Part shown: positions 1 through 8,784 of the stretch, piece by piece
Numbering within the stretch: position 1 is the stretch's first letter
How the letters are laid out: every line of letters begins with the position of its first letter
Assembly (NCBI GenBank): GCA_013335095.1
Contig: JAAXWF010000003.1
Span: 5,960 to 69,959, forward strand
Direction of reading: 5' to 3'
Length of the DNA stretch: 64,000 nt
Source of the DNA: a candidate division WWE3 bacterium
GTDB taxonomy: Bacteria; Patescibacteriota; 4484-211; GCA-002791395
Program-made: the position numbers and the translations under genes
Notes under the pieces: generated by a model
Told to the model about the DNA's origin: nothing
The model's database searches: none
What the model saw: the letters and a program-made list of their open reading frames with translations, nothing else

Positions 1-1970
1 GCGCTGTAGCCAGGCACCCCGCGGTCGACCACCCGGGTGTCCACGATGATGTCGTGGTTCTTCGGATGGCGCTGCGTATAGGTGACTTTGACGTCGAACC
101 CGGCCTCGCTAAAGGCGCGGGGGATGACGATCACCTGGTGCTCGTTACGCAGCGGCACGTTGTACACCGGCGTCTCAGACGGGTTGCCGTCCGCGTCGAT
201 GTACTTGAACGCGAAGTCCGCGCTAAAGCTTGGGCCGCTCTCGGGGTTGCAGTGCATGCTGCCCCCGATGATCTCAATGACGTACCATTTGGCGATGTTG
301 CCGTCCTTGTTGACGGGCACCGCCCAGTCGAGCTGGCCATTCTGGACGTTGTACGGCCAGAAGTAGCGATTGTAGCAATCGCTACAAAGAGCCACGTCCA
401 GGCGCGGGTCCTGGCGGACTACCTCGGGCGTTGCCGACGGGGTCGGGGTCAGCTCTGTGCTGCCTCCGCAGTCCTCCGAGCCGCTGCCCGAGATGTCGCG
501 GGCAATGCCGTCATCGCCCGTCACCGTGCCGGTCCAGGAGAAGCTCGTCATCCCGACGAGCGTCCTTTCCCAGGGCAGGCTAACTACCCCCGAGCTCGTG
601 TTGAGGCTCAGGGTCGCCGTGATTGTGCCGGTGGCGTCTGTTGCCGTGACCGTCCCGGTCAGGCTGACGCCCTGCTCGATGGTCGCGCCGTAGACCTTAC
701 ACGTCGCGGTGATCTTACCGCTCCCCTGGTTGGGGGTCGACGTGCGGGTCGGGGTGGGCGTATTCGTCGGCGTGCTGGTCTCGGTGGGGGTGCCACCGCA
801 GACCAGATCCTTCTGCCCGACGACCTGTCGGGCGTTCCCCTGAAGCGGGGAGAAGGTTAGGTTCCACTCGATGTGGTGGGTGCTATTCAACGCCGTGGTG
901 AACGGCGTGTGATAGTCCCTCTCCTCATCGCCAGCGGTCTCGTTGACGGTGGCAACAATGTCGCCGTTGCTGGTGACGTTGCCGGTCAGCGTGCCGTTGC
1001 GGACTTTACCGAACAGTTCGGTGCAGTTCGCGTCGGCGGTCGCATTATCCGTCAGCGTGACGGTCGTCGCAGTCGGCGTATTCGTCGGCGTGGGCGTGTT
1101 GGTTGCCGTAGCCGTCGCTGTGGCCGGGGTGAAGCAGGGGTTGTGGACGTTGTACCAGTGGTACTCCGCCCGCTTGCCCCCCTTGGTCAGGGTGTCGAAC
1201 GCGGTGAACGTGATTTCACTCCAGACTGCCACGTCGGGCAGCTGGCTTTTCAGGATCTCCCACGTCCACGTATCCGTATTGAGCTCTTTGTGGAGCTCGT
1301 CGGTATTCCCGCTTACGGCCAGGAAGCCGTGCGGGTCGACCTCGCCATTCAGCACGAGACACACATCCGGTCCGGGCCCGGGGCGAAGCTCGCCGAAAAC
1401 GGGCCAGGCATCCATCAGCGTGGACGTCATGTTCACCAGCTGCTCGCCGTTGATGGCGAGCGAGAGGTGGACGACGTCCCCGTCGGACAGGCGGTTCAGC
1501 TTCTGGCTAAACGGCTTGTAACCGACGGAAACCGTCGCGGGCTTGAAGGTTATCGGCGTGCGGGCAAACTCGTTGCCCGTAGCCGACTTGACCACCCAGA
1601 TCGTGCCAGACACCTCGTCGGTGTCCTGGCAGTCACTGATGCTGGTCACTTCGAGCTCGACGTGCCGATCCCTGAACAGCCGGAGCATCAGGCCGACCTG
1701 GCAGGTCGGCTCGATCGACTGCACGCTAGGCGTGTTGTCGGCCGGCTTGGCTGGCACGGGCTCGGTGATCGTGATCGGCGTCTCTTTCGCAATCTCGTGC
1801 CCGCCCTGGGCGTAGGTGTTGGCCGCCGCAATGGCGGTCGCCTTCTGGGCGAGTTGGCCCGAGATGGGCAGGTTGGTGCCGCTGAGGGCCGCCGACGCGA
1901 AGGTGAAGATGGCCATCAAGGCCATCAGGGCCGCCATGATGGCGGCAAAGCGAGTTGATCGCTGCTTCAT
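1..1970 (-). CDS. large secreted protein with T/P-rich linkers; C-terminal part lies beyond the window start (partial)
   Basis: Hand translation of the minus strand from the ATG at 1968-1970 (AAGGAGA Shine-Dalgarno 8 nt upstream) gives MKQRSTRFAAIMAALMALMAIFTFASAALSG, a signal peptide, and an open frame to position 1. Contains TPT-type linkers (ATATATNTPTPTNTPTATT; GGTPTETSTPTNTPTPTRTSTP). Absent from the ORF track because its stop is outside the window. Plus-strand ORFs 54-860 and 873-1958 are its antisense shadow. GC ~65%. Confidence 0.55.
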   Translation of the reverse strand, partial: MKQRSTRFAAIMAALMALMAIFTFASAALSGTNLPISGQLAQKATAIAAANTYAQGGHEIAKETPITITEPVPAKPADNTPSVQSIEPTCQVGLMLRLFRDRHVELEVTSISDCQDTDEVSGTIWVVKSATGNEFARTPITFKPATVSVGYKPFSQKLNRLSDGDVVHLSLAINGEQLVNMTSTLMDAWPVFGELRPGPGPDVCLVLNGEVDPHGFLAVSGNTDELHKELNTDTWTWEILKSQLPDVAVWSEITFTAFDTLTKGGKRAEYHWYNVHNPCFTPATATATATNTPTPTNTPTATTVTLTDNATADANCTELFGKVRNGTLTGNVTSNGDIVATVNETAGDEERDYHTPFTTALNSTHHIEWNLTFSPLQGNARQVVGQKDLVCGGTPTETSTPTNTPTPTRTSTPNQGSGKITATCKVYGATIEQGVSLTGTVTATDATGTITATLSLNTSSGVVSLPWERTLVGMTSFSWTGTVTGDDGIARDISGSGSEDCGGSTELTPTPSATPEVVRQDPRLDVALCSDCYNRYFWPYNVQNGQLDWAVPVNKDGNIAKWYVIEIIGGSMHCNPESGPSFSADFAFKYIDADGNPSETPVYNVPLRNEHQVIVIPRAFSEAGFDVKVTYTQRHPKNHDIIVDTRVVDRGVPGYS

Positions 1971-2388
1971 ACGAGCACGTCTCCTTGAAGTCTAAGCTAT
2001 TCCGACTTGTGAACGTACGACGCGAGACTTTCCTGCATTTCTGCAGGTGGACGAATAGCCTTATAGGCATTCTCCTTTTTCAACGCTTAACATAGCGGAC
2101 TCAGGGTGTGTACCACTGAGTGATTCACACCCATAAGCCCACTATGAAAGGTTGATAAACATAGATTGGATTGTTAAGGTGCATGCTTGGCATGAAAGCC
2201 TAAGCAACACACAAAACAGTGAGTTATCCAGTCGGTTTATTTACCTTCTGGATAGCTTTATTATACCCTATAGTAACCAAGGTTCAAGTCCTATATTAAA
2301 TGATATGTGCTGTAATATCGCGTGGAAATAATAACACATTGTATATAGATTTATCGGAGTGAGTAAAATCGTTATACAACGTTTATGC

Positions 2389-2424
2389 AAAAAAAGGGGG
2401 TGATGGCTTGATAGCCACCACCCC
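2389..2424 (-). terminator. rho-independent terminator downstream of the sortase gene
   Basis: A 12-bp stem with 11 of 12 pairs (ggggtgatggct / agccaccacccc), then a run of 7 T on the minus strand. Lies 68 nt after the sortase stop codon. Confidence 0.6.
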
Positions 2425-2492
2425 GGTTTATGGGTACCACCTCATTGTGGTTAATTTCCGCCTTCTGGGGCGGTATCCGTTTTTGTCGTCAC

Positions 2493-3230
2493 TTAGTGAA
2501 CAATCACCGCATCCACCACCCGCGTGTGCGTGTAGTGGTCGATGATCCCGTTGACGATGATGGCGGTGCCATCACACGTCACAAGTCGTGCATCAACTCC
2601 CGACACCGGGGTGTTGAGCTCAGCGTACTGCTGGCCTCCACCCGGAATCTGGGTCGATGCAATAACTTGCAGGACTGTGGGGCAGTCCTGATCCCGCTGC
2701 CAGTATTCGAACTGATCACCCACCGCGAGGCGAGCGATCTTGCCGAACGGCGCGGGAATCGCCGCGGCATTCCGATACCGAGCGACATGACCACGGAACA
2801 CGGTGGTCGTGCCGCTACCGAAAATCCCGGTCGTAATGTCGATCATCGCGTCATGGCGAGGCGTCGACATCACCGTCCCGGTTACCACCCATGTGGCGTG
2901 GCCGAGACTCGGGAACGAGAGCATCCCGACGACATTGTCGGGAATCTCGCTCCACCTGACTGGGTTTACACATCGCGGAGCTACTGCGGCCTCGGGGACG
3001 TCCTTGTCCTCCTTGGTCGTGGTAACTATCTCCGGTACCGGGAGGTTTGATCTCCAAGGTTCCGGAGTGATTTGGGGCGGGAGGCCCGGGTCTGCCTGCA
3101 GTCCGTCTGCGGCAGGAACCGAAACCGCCGTTGGCGTAGTGTCGTTACCAAGGAGTGCTGGACGCCCGAAGGCGAGAACCAGCACCCCAAGGATGACACA
3201 CGCCAGCGCGAGGCCGCGCTGGATGTTCAT
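2493..3230 (-). CDS. sortase-family transpeptidase (class D/E-like)
   Basis: N-terminal signal/anchor MNIQRGLALACVILGVLVLAFG. The TVFRGHVARYRNAAAIPAPFGKIARLAVGDQFEY segment resembles the sortase GH(R)..APF..L..GD motif. RLVTCDG resembles the TLxTC catalytic-Cys motif, with an Arg downstream (THTRVV). The ATG abuts the stop of the upstream substrate-like gene (TAAATG). GC ~62%. Confidence 0.55.
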   Translation of the reverse strand: MNIQRGLALACVILGVLVLAFGRPALLGNDTTPTAVSVPAADGLQADPGLPPQITPEPWRSNLPVPEIVTTTKEDKDVPEAAVAPRCVNPVRWSEIPDNVVGMLSFPSLGHATWVVTGTVMSTPRHDAMIDITTGIFGSGTTTVFRGHVARYRNAAAIPAPFGKIARLAVGDQFEYWQRDQDCPTVLQVIASTQIPGGGQQYAELNTPVSGVDARLVTCDGTAIIVNGIIDHYTHTRVVDAVIVH

Positions 3231-5021
3231 TTACTCCACCTCCACCTGGGAGGTGACCTGCGTCTTGCGGCGTGGCCACATCAGGACGATGGCGAAGGTG
3301 AACAGGATCAGCGCTAAGAGCTCGCGCATGCCGGTAATCGATTTCGACGGCACCCTTGCCGCCTCAACCCGAACGAGGAGCTTCATCGCATCCTCGTCGG
3401 ACAGCTCTCCGGCTTCCGGTGTCCCCGTCAGTGTGGGCGGGGGAGTGTTGGTAGCCGTGGGAGTGTTGGTGTTGGTCGGTGTCGTGGTGACCGTAGCCGT
3501 ATTGACCGGCGTATTGGTCACCGTGGGCGTGTTGGAAGGTGTCGCCGTGTTGGTCGGCGTCGTGGTTGTACCTGTGTTTGTCGTGCTCGACGGAGTCGGG
3601 GTGGGCGGGACCTTGCGGGTCCAGCTCCCCTCGTTCGAGGAGCAATCATTAACCAGGTTAACTCGGACGCCGATGGTCGGCGCACCGTCCACTACCGGCC
3701 AGGTGTTAACTGGCGGATAGTTGATTACGATGCGCTCGCTGTTCGACGCAAGCCTTCCGGTGGCAACCATCGGGCTGCCGTCCGAAAGGGTGAGAGTGAC
3801 ACCTGTACCAGGGTTGTAGAAGGTCACGGTGTACGTGACCGGCGCGCCCTGGGTTAGGGTCACTACGTCGGTGTCATTGCCGTCCCGGCTCGCCGCGTAC
3901 TGCGGCTGAATCACCGGGCAGGCGACAGCGGTCGCTGTGGTCGATGTCGTCGTTGGCGTATTCGTGTTGGTCGGCGTATTCGTCGGCGTTGACGTCCCGG
4001 TGGGCGTCGGAGTCGACGTATTGGTCGGCGTGCTAGTCTGGGTCTGAGTTGGGGTGAGTGTGGGCAGAGGTGCGCTATAGCAGTCTGCGCCACCGCTACC
4101 GTTCCCTCCATTGGCCCAGTTGATCCAGGCGTCGAACGCCTTCAGTTGGCCGATTCTCTGCCAGCGCCACCAGGTGGCGCCATCCAGTACCACGGTGGTA
4201 AAGTCCGCGGCGCTGAGTGACAGCGTCTGGGTGACGTCGTCGGTACCGACCACGAGCGCCTGAGCCGAAACTGGCTCTAGGCTGCTCCACAACGACAGTG
4301 TCGCGGTGAGGGTTGTTGTCCCCCCAACGATACCTGTCTCTGTGGTGCACGCTGCCCGTACCGTACCCGCCACCGGAGTGGCGGTGTTGGTCGGGGTCGA
4401 CGTGTTGGTCGGCGTATCGGTGATCGTCGGTGTAAGCGTGGCCGGACGCGGTGTGCGCGTCGGCCGAGGCGTGTTGGTCGGTGTGTTGGTTGGCGACGGA
4501 CCGGACGTTCCGGTCGGCGTCGCTGTCCGAGTTGGCCGCGGCGTGTTGGTGGGACCCTGCGTGAGGGTCGCCGACGCCGTTGCCGTCTCGGTCGGAATGC
4601 TGGTGTCGGTCGGCGTGGCGGTGTTGGCCGGTGTCGAGCTGGGAAGCGGGGTCGGGCTGGGGTTTGAGGCCCCACACCGAGCGCCACCGCTCCAGTTCGA
4701 GAGGCCGATCTGTTCCGGGTAGACAATCGTCGCGGTGAAGCTGACGATGTCGCCGGTGAGCGACCAGTTGCCGACGTCGGCGGTCACCGTCTCGCTGTGC
4801 CCGTCGGCGTAGACCACCACGATGGTGGCGGTGCCGACCGGGTTCGAGCTAAGGCTGACCGTCGAGTTCCCCGGCTGATAGGCGCACTGGGCGCCGCGAA
4901 CCGGGTTGACGGACGACTGGCCAAAGGCCAGGTGGATCGACGCGGTAAACATAACCAGGGCCAAGATGCCCCGGATCCAGCTTTTCGCCGCAAGGCGGCG
5001 AAGGTTGTTGAGCGTAATCAC
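3231..5021 (-). CDS. secreted Thr/Pro-repeat cell-surface protein with C-terminal hydrophobic anchor and basic tail (putative sortase substrate)
   Basis: GTG start with AAAGGAGAG Shine-Dalgarno. Signal peptide MITLNNLRRLAAKSWIRGILALVMFTASIHLAFG. Long PTNTPT/TPTxT linker repeats. C-terminus ...VPSKSITGMRELLALILFTFAIVLMWPRRKTQ (hydrophobic stretch then RRK) resembles a cell-wall sorting signal but lacks a canonical LPXTG. GC ~65%. Confidence 0.6.
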   Translation of the reverse strand: MITLNNLRRLAAKSWIRGILALVMFTASIHLAFGQSSVNPVRGAQCAYQPGNSTVSLSSNPVGTATIVVVYADGHSETVTADVGNWSLTGDIVSFTATIVYPEQIGLSNWSGGARCGASNPSPTPLPSSTPANTATPTDTSIPTETATASATLTQGPTNTPRPTRTATPTGTSGPSPTNTPTNTPRPTRTPRPATLTPTITDTPTNTSTPTNTATPVAGTVRAACTTETGIVGGTTTLTATLSLWSSLEPVSAQALVVGTDDVTQTLSLSAADFTTVVLDGATWWRWQRIGQLKAFDAWINWANGGNGSGGADCYSAPLPTLTPTQTQTSTPTNTSTPTPTGTSTPTNTPTNTNTPTTTSTTATAVACPVIQPQYAASRDGNDTDVVTLTQGAPVTYTVTFYNPGTGVTLTLSDGSPMVATGRLASNSERIVINYPPVNTWPVVDGAPTIGVRVNLVNDCSSNEGSWTRKVPPTPTPSSTTNTGTTTTPTNTATPSNTPTVTNTPVNTATVTTTPTNTNTPTATNTPPPTLTGTPEAGELSDEDAMKLLVRVEAARVPSKSITGMRELLALILFTFAIVLMWPRRKTQVTSQVEVE

Positions 5022-5260
5022 TGCGCTCTCCTTTTTGCTGTTGACCGATCATCCGAATCGAACTTGGACGAATTACGATGTGTAATCGATAAGTTTTCCT
5101 TTCACTAAGTGGCTTGTTAATGTGCGACCGGCTTAGGGCCGGACACACCCTGATTCTGCGAATCAGGAGATAGCCACCTGCGTGGTTATCTAGTTTAATT
5201 GTATTACTATAGGATTGACGATCAAGCTGTTTAGATCGATATTATGGGTAAAATACTATG

Positions 5261-5974
5261 TTAGCGATTGATATAGTTACCATATTTATAGGTAACTGCG
5301 TTGGCCTGTTTAAAGCGTCCCAGCGCGAAAAATACTGATAGTTTAAGATAAAGTAAAAAAGTGTTATACACACCGTCGCGTCGAAATCTTCGATCTGAAA
5401 CATGGACAGAAGCTTTCAGTGTGCGATATCTGTGTCTTTTGCCTACTCGTCTGATGAATTCAATGTCTTCGTACAGCATTGCGGTATCAAAGCCGGTGTG
5501 GTCATGGAAAATGTCTCGGTAAATAATGAATGCCATTCCCGCACCCGAAGGGACGATCTTTGAAGTATGTTTAAAAATGGTGTTAAAGATCTGATAGATA
5601 CGTTTTATGGTTAGACTGGTGGTCAGCGGTATGAATGTTGGGCAGGCAGCATGTAAGTGTCTTTTTGTAAATTCATCTATAAGTTCTTGGTACTGTTTGG
5701 GAGATACTCGACTATCTGCATCGAGGAATAACAAGATCTCTCCAGTGGCGATGTCTGCCCCTTTGTTTCGTTGTCGAGCTATACCTGGCTGCTCTTGGAG
5801 CATGACGACTGAAGGATAAGATAAAAGAAGCTCTCGCGAGCGATCGGTTGATCCGCCGTCTACAACTATTATTTCATGAATATGATCAGTTGACGCTAGT
5901 AAATCATCAAGCAAGTCGGGAAAGACATGTTCTTCATTTAATACCGGAATAATTATCGATACCGTAGGTTTCAT
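5261..5974 (-). CDS. family-2 glycosyltransferase (carotenoid-cluster associated, CrtQ/CruC-like by context)
   Basis: MKPTVSIIIPVLNEE...IIVVDGGSTDRS and FLDADS motifs are typical of GT2. The gene overlaps the upstream UbiA gene by 4 nt. Confidence 0.65.
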   Translation of the reverse strand: MKPTVSIIIPVLNEEHVFPDLLDDLLASTDHIHEIIVVDGGSTDRSRELLLSYPSVVMLQEQPGIARQRNKGADIATGEILLFLDADSRVSPKQYQELIDEFTKRHLHAACPTFIPLTTSLTIKRIYQIFNTIFKHTSKIVPSGAGMAFIIYRDIFHDHTGFDTAMLYEDIEFIRRVGKRHRYRTLKASVHVSDRRFRRDGVYNTFLLYLKLSVFFALGRFKQANAVTYKYGNYINR

Positions 5975-6822
5975 ATTGGTTTCGTGCTAATAATAACAAA
6001 AAATAATATTGCGCCGATACTACTGTTTATATAGGGAAAAAGTTGATATGTGCGGAAAATATATTCTACTCGTTGAAATAACAACCAAAACATAGTAATT
6101 GGATAGACCCACATGAAGATACTAAAAGGGAAAAAGTCGGGTTTGAATGAGAGAAACAGGGCTGGAGCTAACCATAATAATCCGCAGGTTAATAGTGCTA
6201 TTCGAGGTCCAAGCAATACGGCTGAAGTATCTAGGTGCGCGGATTTATCGGCCTGAATATCTGGTATTGCTGAAAATAGATGCATAGCCATTGTCCAGCA
6301 GCAACAAACAGCAATTATTACACCGGGAACCGTGTTGTCAGAGGATAATGTATAGCCAAAGAACCCCGGTAGCGCATACAATATATTTGATAAAGAATCG
6401 AACACTGGCGTCGCCTTAAAGCGTACCGGTGGTGCGCTATATAATACACTTAGCATATTAAATCCAACCATCAAGAACTGAAGTTGCCTTGATGGAGCGA
6501 TCAGCGCGATTCCTAATCCGACAACACCGCTAATGATACTCATCATTTTAATAGTTTTGTGATGCGATTCAGATACCCGCTTTTCGTAGCTGAGTTTCTT
6601 GGGATTACGTGAGTCCGTATCTGAGTCATATAAATCATTAACTCCATATAAAAGACAATTTGCTACGATAAGAAAATAGATTGCATAAGCAAAAAAGTAA
6701 TTAGTAAAGAAATCGGTCCAATGACTAATTCCGCATGCATATCCTATTAAGTATGGCCCGATTAAATACATCCAGAAGCGCGGACGTGAAAAGTTAAGTA
6801 AAGCGATAATCCTATGTATCAT
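5971..6822 (-). CDS. UbiA-family prenyltransferase (possible lycopene elongase CrtEb/LyeJ-like)
   Basis: Polytopic membrane protein with RPRFW near the N-terminus and the NDLYDSDTD (NDxxDxxxD) motif plus a second DIQAD motif. Sits in the carotenoid cluster. Confidence 0.65.
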   Translation of the reverse strand: MIHRIIALLNFSRPRFWMYLIGPYLIGYACGISHWTDFFTNYFFAYAIYFLIVANCLLYGVNDLYDSDTDSRNPKKLSYEKRVSESHHKTIKMMSIISGVVGLGIALIAPSRQLQFLMVGFNMLSVLYSAPPVRFKATPVFDSLSNILYALPGFFGYTLSSDNTVPGVIIAVCCCWTMAMHLFSAIPDIQADKSAHLDTSAVLLGPRIALLTCGLLWLAPALFLSFKPDFFPFSIFMWVYPITMFWLLFQRVEYIFRTYQLFPYINSSIGAILFFVIISTKPI

Positions 6823-6871
6823 ATCGTCATTATATCTTTGCGGTTAGAAACAAAACTGTTAAAATCGCGGT

Positions 6872-7948
6872 ATGGCAGAGAATGTCGGCTTATCGTTTCT
6901 TCAGGATTACGCGGTGAAAACTGACCCATTGTTTGAAAAATACCTCCATCAAAAAATTGAGCAAGCCCAGGAAATCAGCAAGATACCAGGCGAATTACTT
7001 CGTCGTTTCTTAGAAATGGGACGTAAAGGTAAGAAAATACGGGGAGCATTAACTGTTTTGGGTTATCAGGCGGTCGGAGGACGTGATCTCGAAGCTATTT
7101 TTGATGCTAGTTTATTTTTAGAGCTTTTCCATGCCGGAGTCTTAGTACATGATGACATTATGGATCAGGATGATTTGAGACGGGGATTACCGACGCTTCA
7201 TGTCCAATTTGCAGAAGTCGGTACAGCATTACATGTTCATCCGAATCCCTCGCATTATGGCTATTCTATGGCAGTAAACGCGGGAGATGCTGCTTTTTAT
7301 CTCTCGTGGGAAAAACTGATGCAAAGTCATTTTGATCCAGATCGATTAATCGACGTTGGGCAAATCTACGCTGATTACGTCATTCGAGTCGTACATGGAC
7401 AAGTGCTTGATATTACCGACTCATCGATGGGAAGTATTACTCAGGAGGACGTGATGAAGGTTCGACAATATAAGACCGTTGAATATACTGGTGTGCTCCC
7501 TCTACTCGTTGGCGCAGCATTCGCTGGACCGGTATCGAAACCTCTTCATGATGCGATTCAACAGTATGGGAATGCACTAGGCTGGGCGTTTCAAATTCAG
7601 GATGATCTACTCGGGATCTTTGGTGATACCGATACGATGGGCAAACCTACTGGATCGGATATCCGTGAAGGTAAACAAACCCTACTAGTGCTACACGTGA
7701 TGGAACATGGTAATAAAGACCAGAAGGCTTTTTTACGACATGTTTTGGGCAATCAATCAATCACGCCGGCAGAGATAGATCAAACGCTCGAATTGTTTAA
7801 ACAGACCGGAGCGTATGATGTGGTGATTAAGCGTGGTTGGGATTATGTTAAGCAGGGAGCTGACGTTATACCTCACATAACTTCGGATGCTAAGATCCAG
7901 GAGATATTGAATGGATTGATTAACTACATGATGGAACGGGTCAAGTAG
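6872..7948 (+). CDS. crtE: polyprenyl (geranylgeranyl) diphosphate synthase
   Basis: First aspartate-rich motif LVHDDIMDQDD and second FQIQDDLLG, typical of trans-isoprenyl diphosphate synthases. Confidence 0.8.
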   Translation: MAENVGLSFLQDYAVKTDPLFEKYLHQKIEQAQEISKIPGELLRRFLEMGRKGKKIRGALTVLGYQAVGGRDLEAIFDASLFLELFHAGVLVHDDIMDQDDLRRGLPTLHVQFAEVGTALHVHPNPSHYGYSMAVNAGDAAFYLSWEKLMQSHFDPDRLIDVGQIYADYVIRVVHGQVLDITDSSMGSITQEDVMKVRQYKTVEYTGVLPLLVGAAFAGPVSKPLHDAIQQYGNALGWAFQIQDDLLGIFGDTDTMGKPTGSDIREGKQTLLVLHVMEHGNKDQKAFLRHVLGNQSITPAEIDQTLELFKQTGAYDVVIKRGWDYVKQGADVIPHITSDAKIQEILNGLINYMMERVK

Positions 7949-8784
7949 TTTTGTATTCCCTTACTTAAAATTCGAGTAGGAGAAGGTTTTATCTTTTTGA
8001 CAAAAACAATCAGGGGATCTTTGTAAATTTGATCGGCTGTCCAGCGGTACATATCATTTGCGGTTTGGATTGGACCCTGATATCTATTCGGAATATAGGT
8101 GAATCCCGTACGTGCTTTCTCTTCCCATGACCAATACAGTTCTATTTGTTTTTTTATACATGAGACAAAAGCTTCTTTATGTCGTGAGGTGTGCTCGTAC
8201 GATAAATCGGTAAGAGAAAATTCATCAAGCTGTTCTTGAGGAATATACTGACGACCAAAAGAATTATCTTCAGTAATATCTCGAATGAAGTTAATATATT
8301 GCATCGATTTTCCAAGTAATTGGGCCGTCGAATAGCTTTCTTCTGGCAATTTCATCATTTTTGCCATCATTAACCCGATCACTTCAGCTGATCCATACAT
8401 GTACATATCTAATTGTTCAAGTGTCTCATATTTTTTTATGGTTAAATCTGCTTCCATTGCGGCTATAAATGCATCCGGCCAGTCATAGGGGAATTGGTGC
8501 TTTATTGATAGCGCGTGGAATGATCGGATTACTTCGGACGAGCTGGGCTTGCCATTCCGATGTTCATAATATTCGTATTTAAATTGATTAAATACATTTT
8601 TCTGCTGCGGAATGGTGTCTACAAAGTTATCCACCGTACGCACAAAACTGTACAACACAAATACGTCATCTCGTAGCAATGGTGGGAAAAAAATGCTACT
8701 AAAAAAATATGTTCGGCTTCCGTTAAAAAAAATTCGACTGAGATTTGCACTAATCATATTTTTGGGCGATTTGATCTGAAACAA
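7924..8784 (-). CDS. crtB: phytoene (or dehydrosqualene) synthase
   Basis: Squalene/phytoene synthase family signature YMYGSAEVIGLMM. Arranged as crtI-crtB in tandem. Confidence 0.75.
   Translation of the reverse strand: MFQIKSPKNMISANLSRIFFNGSRTYFFSSIFFPPLLRDDVFVLYSFVRTVDNFVDTIPQQKNVFNQFKYEYYEHRNGKPSSSEVIRSFHALSIKHQFPYDWPDAFIAAMEADLTIKKYETLEQLDMYMYGSAEVIGLMMAKMMKLPEESYSTAQLLGKSMQYINFIRDITEDNSFGRQYIPQEQLDEFSLTDLSYEHTSRHKEAFVSCIKKQIELYWSWEEKARTGFTYIPNRYQGPIQTANDMYRWTADQIYKDPLIVFVKKIKPSPTRILSKGIQNYLTRSIM

Noticed and set aside
54-1958. Long plus-strand ORFs 54-860 and 873-1958 (268 and 361 aa) and the nested ORFs 82-366, 457-693, 943-1521
   Set aside because: They lie antisense to a much longer, uninterrupted minus-strand frame with a signal peptide, a Shine-Dalgarno and an ATG at 1970. 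Their translations are Arg/Gly/Ala-rich low-complexity, typical of spurious frames in ~65% GC DNA.
3400-4700. Highly repetitive nucleotide tract that might be mistaken for a CRISPR or tandem DNA repeat
   Set aside because: The periodicity is 6-9 nt and imperfect and sits in-frame within a coding sequence (PTNTPT-type protein linkers). There are no direct repeats with unique spacers of CRISPR size.
3364-4993. His/Arg-rich ORFs in alternative frames (3364-3645, 3911-4111, 4096-4677, 4277-4726 minus; 4306-4722, 4797-5108 plus)
   Set aside because: All are embedded in the 3231-5021 T/P-repeat gene. Repetitive ACC/CCG/ACG codons generate open alternative frames. There are no start contexts and the composition is implausible.
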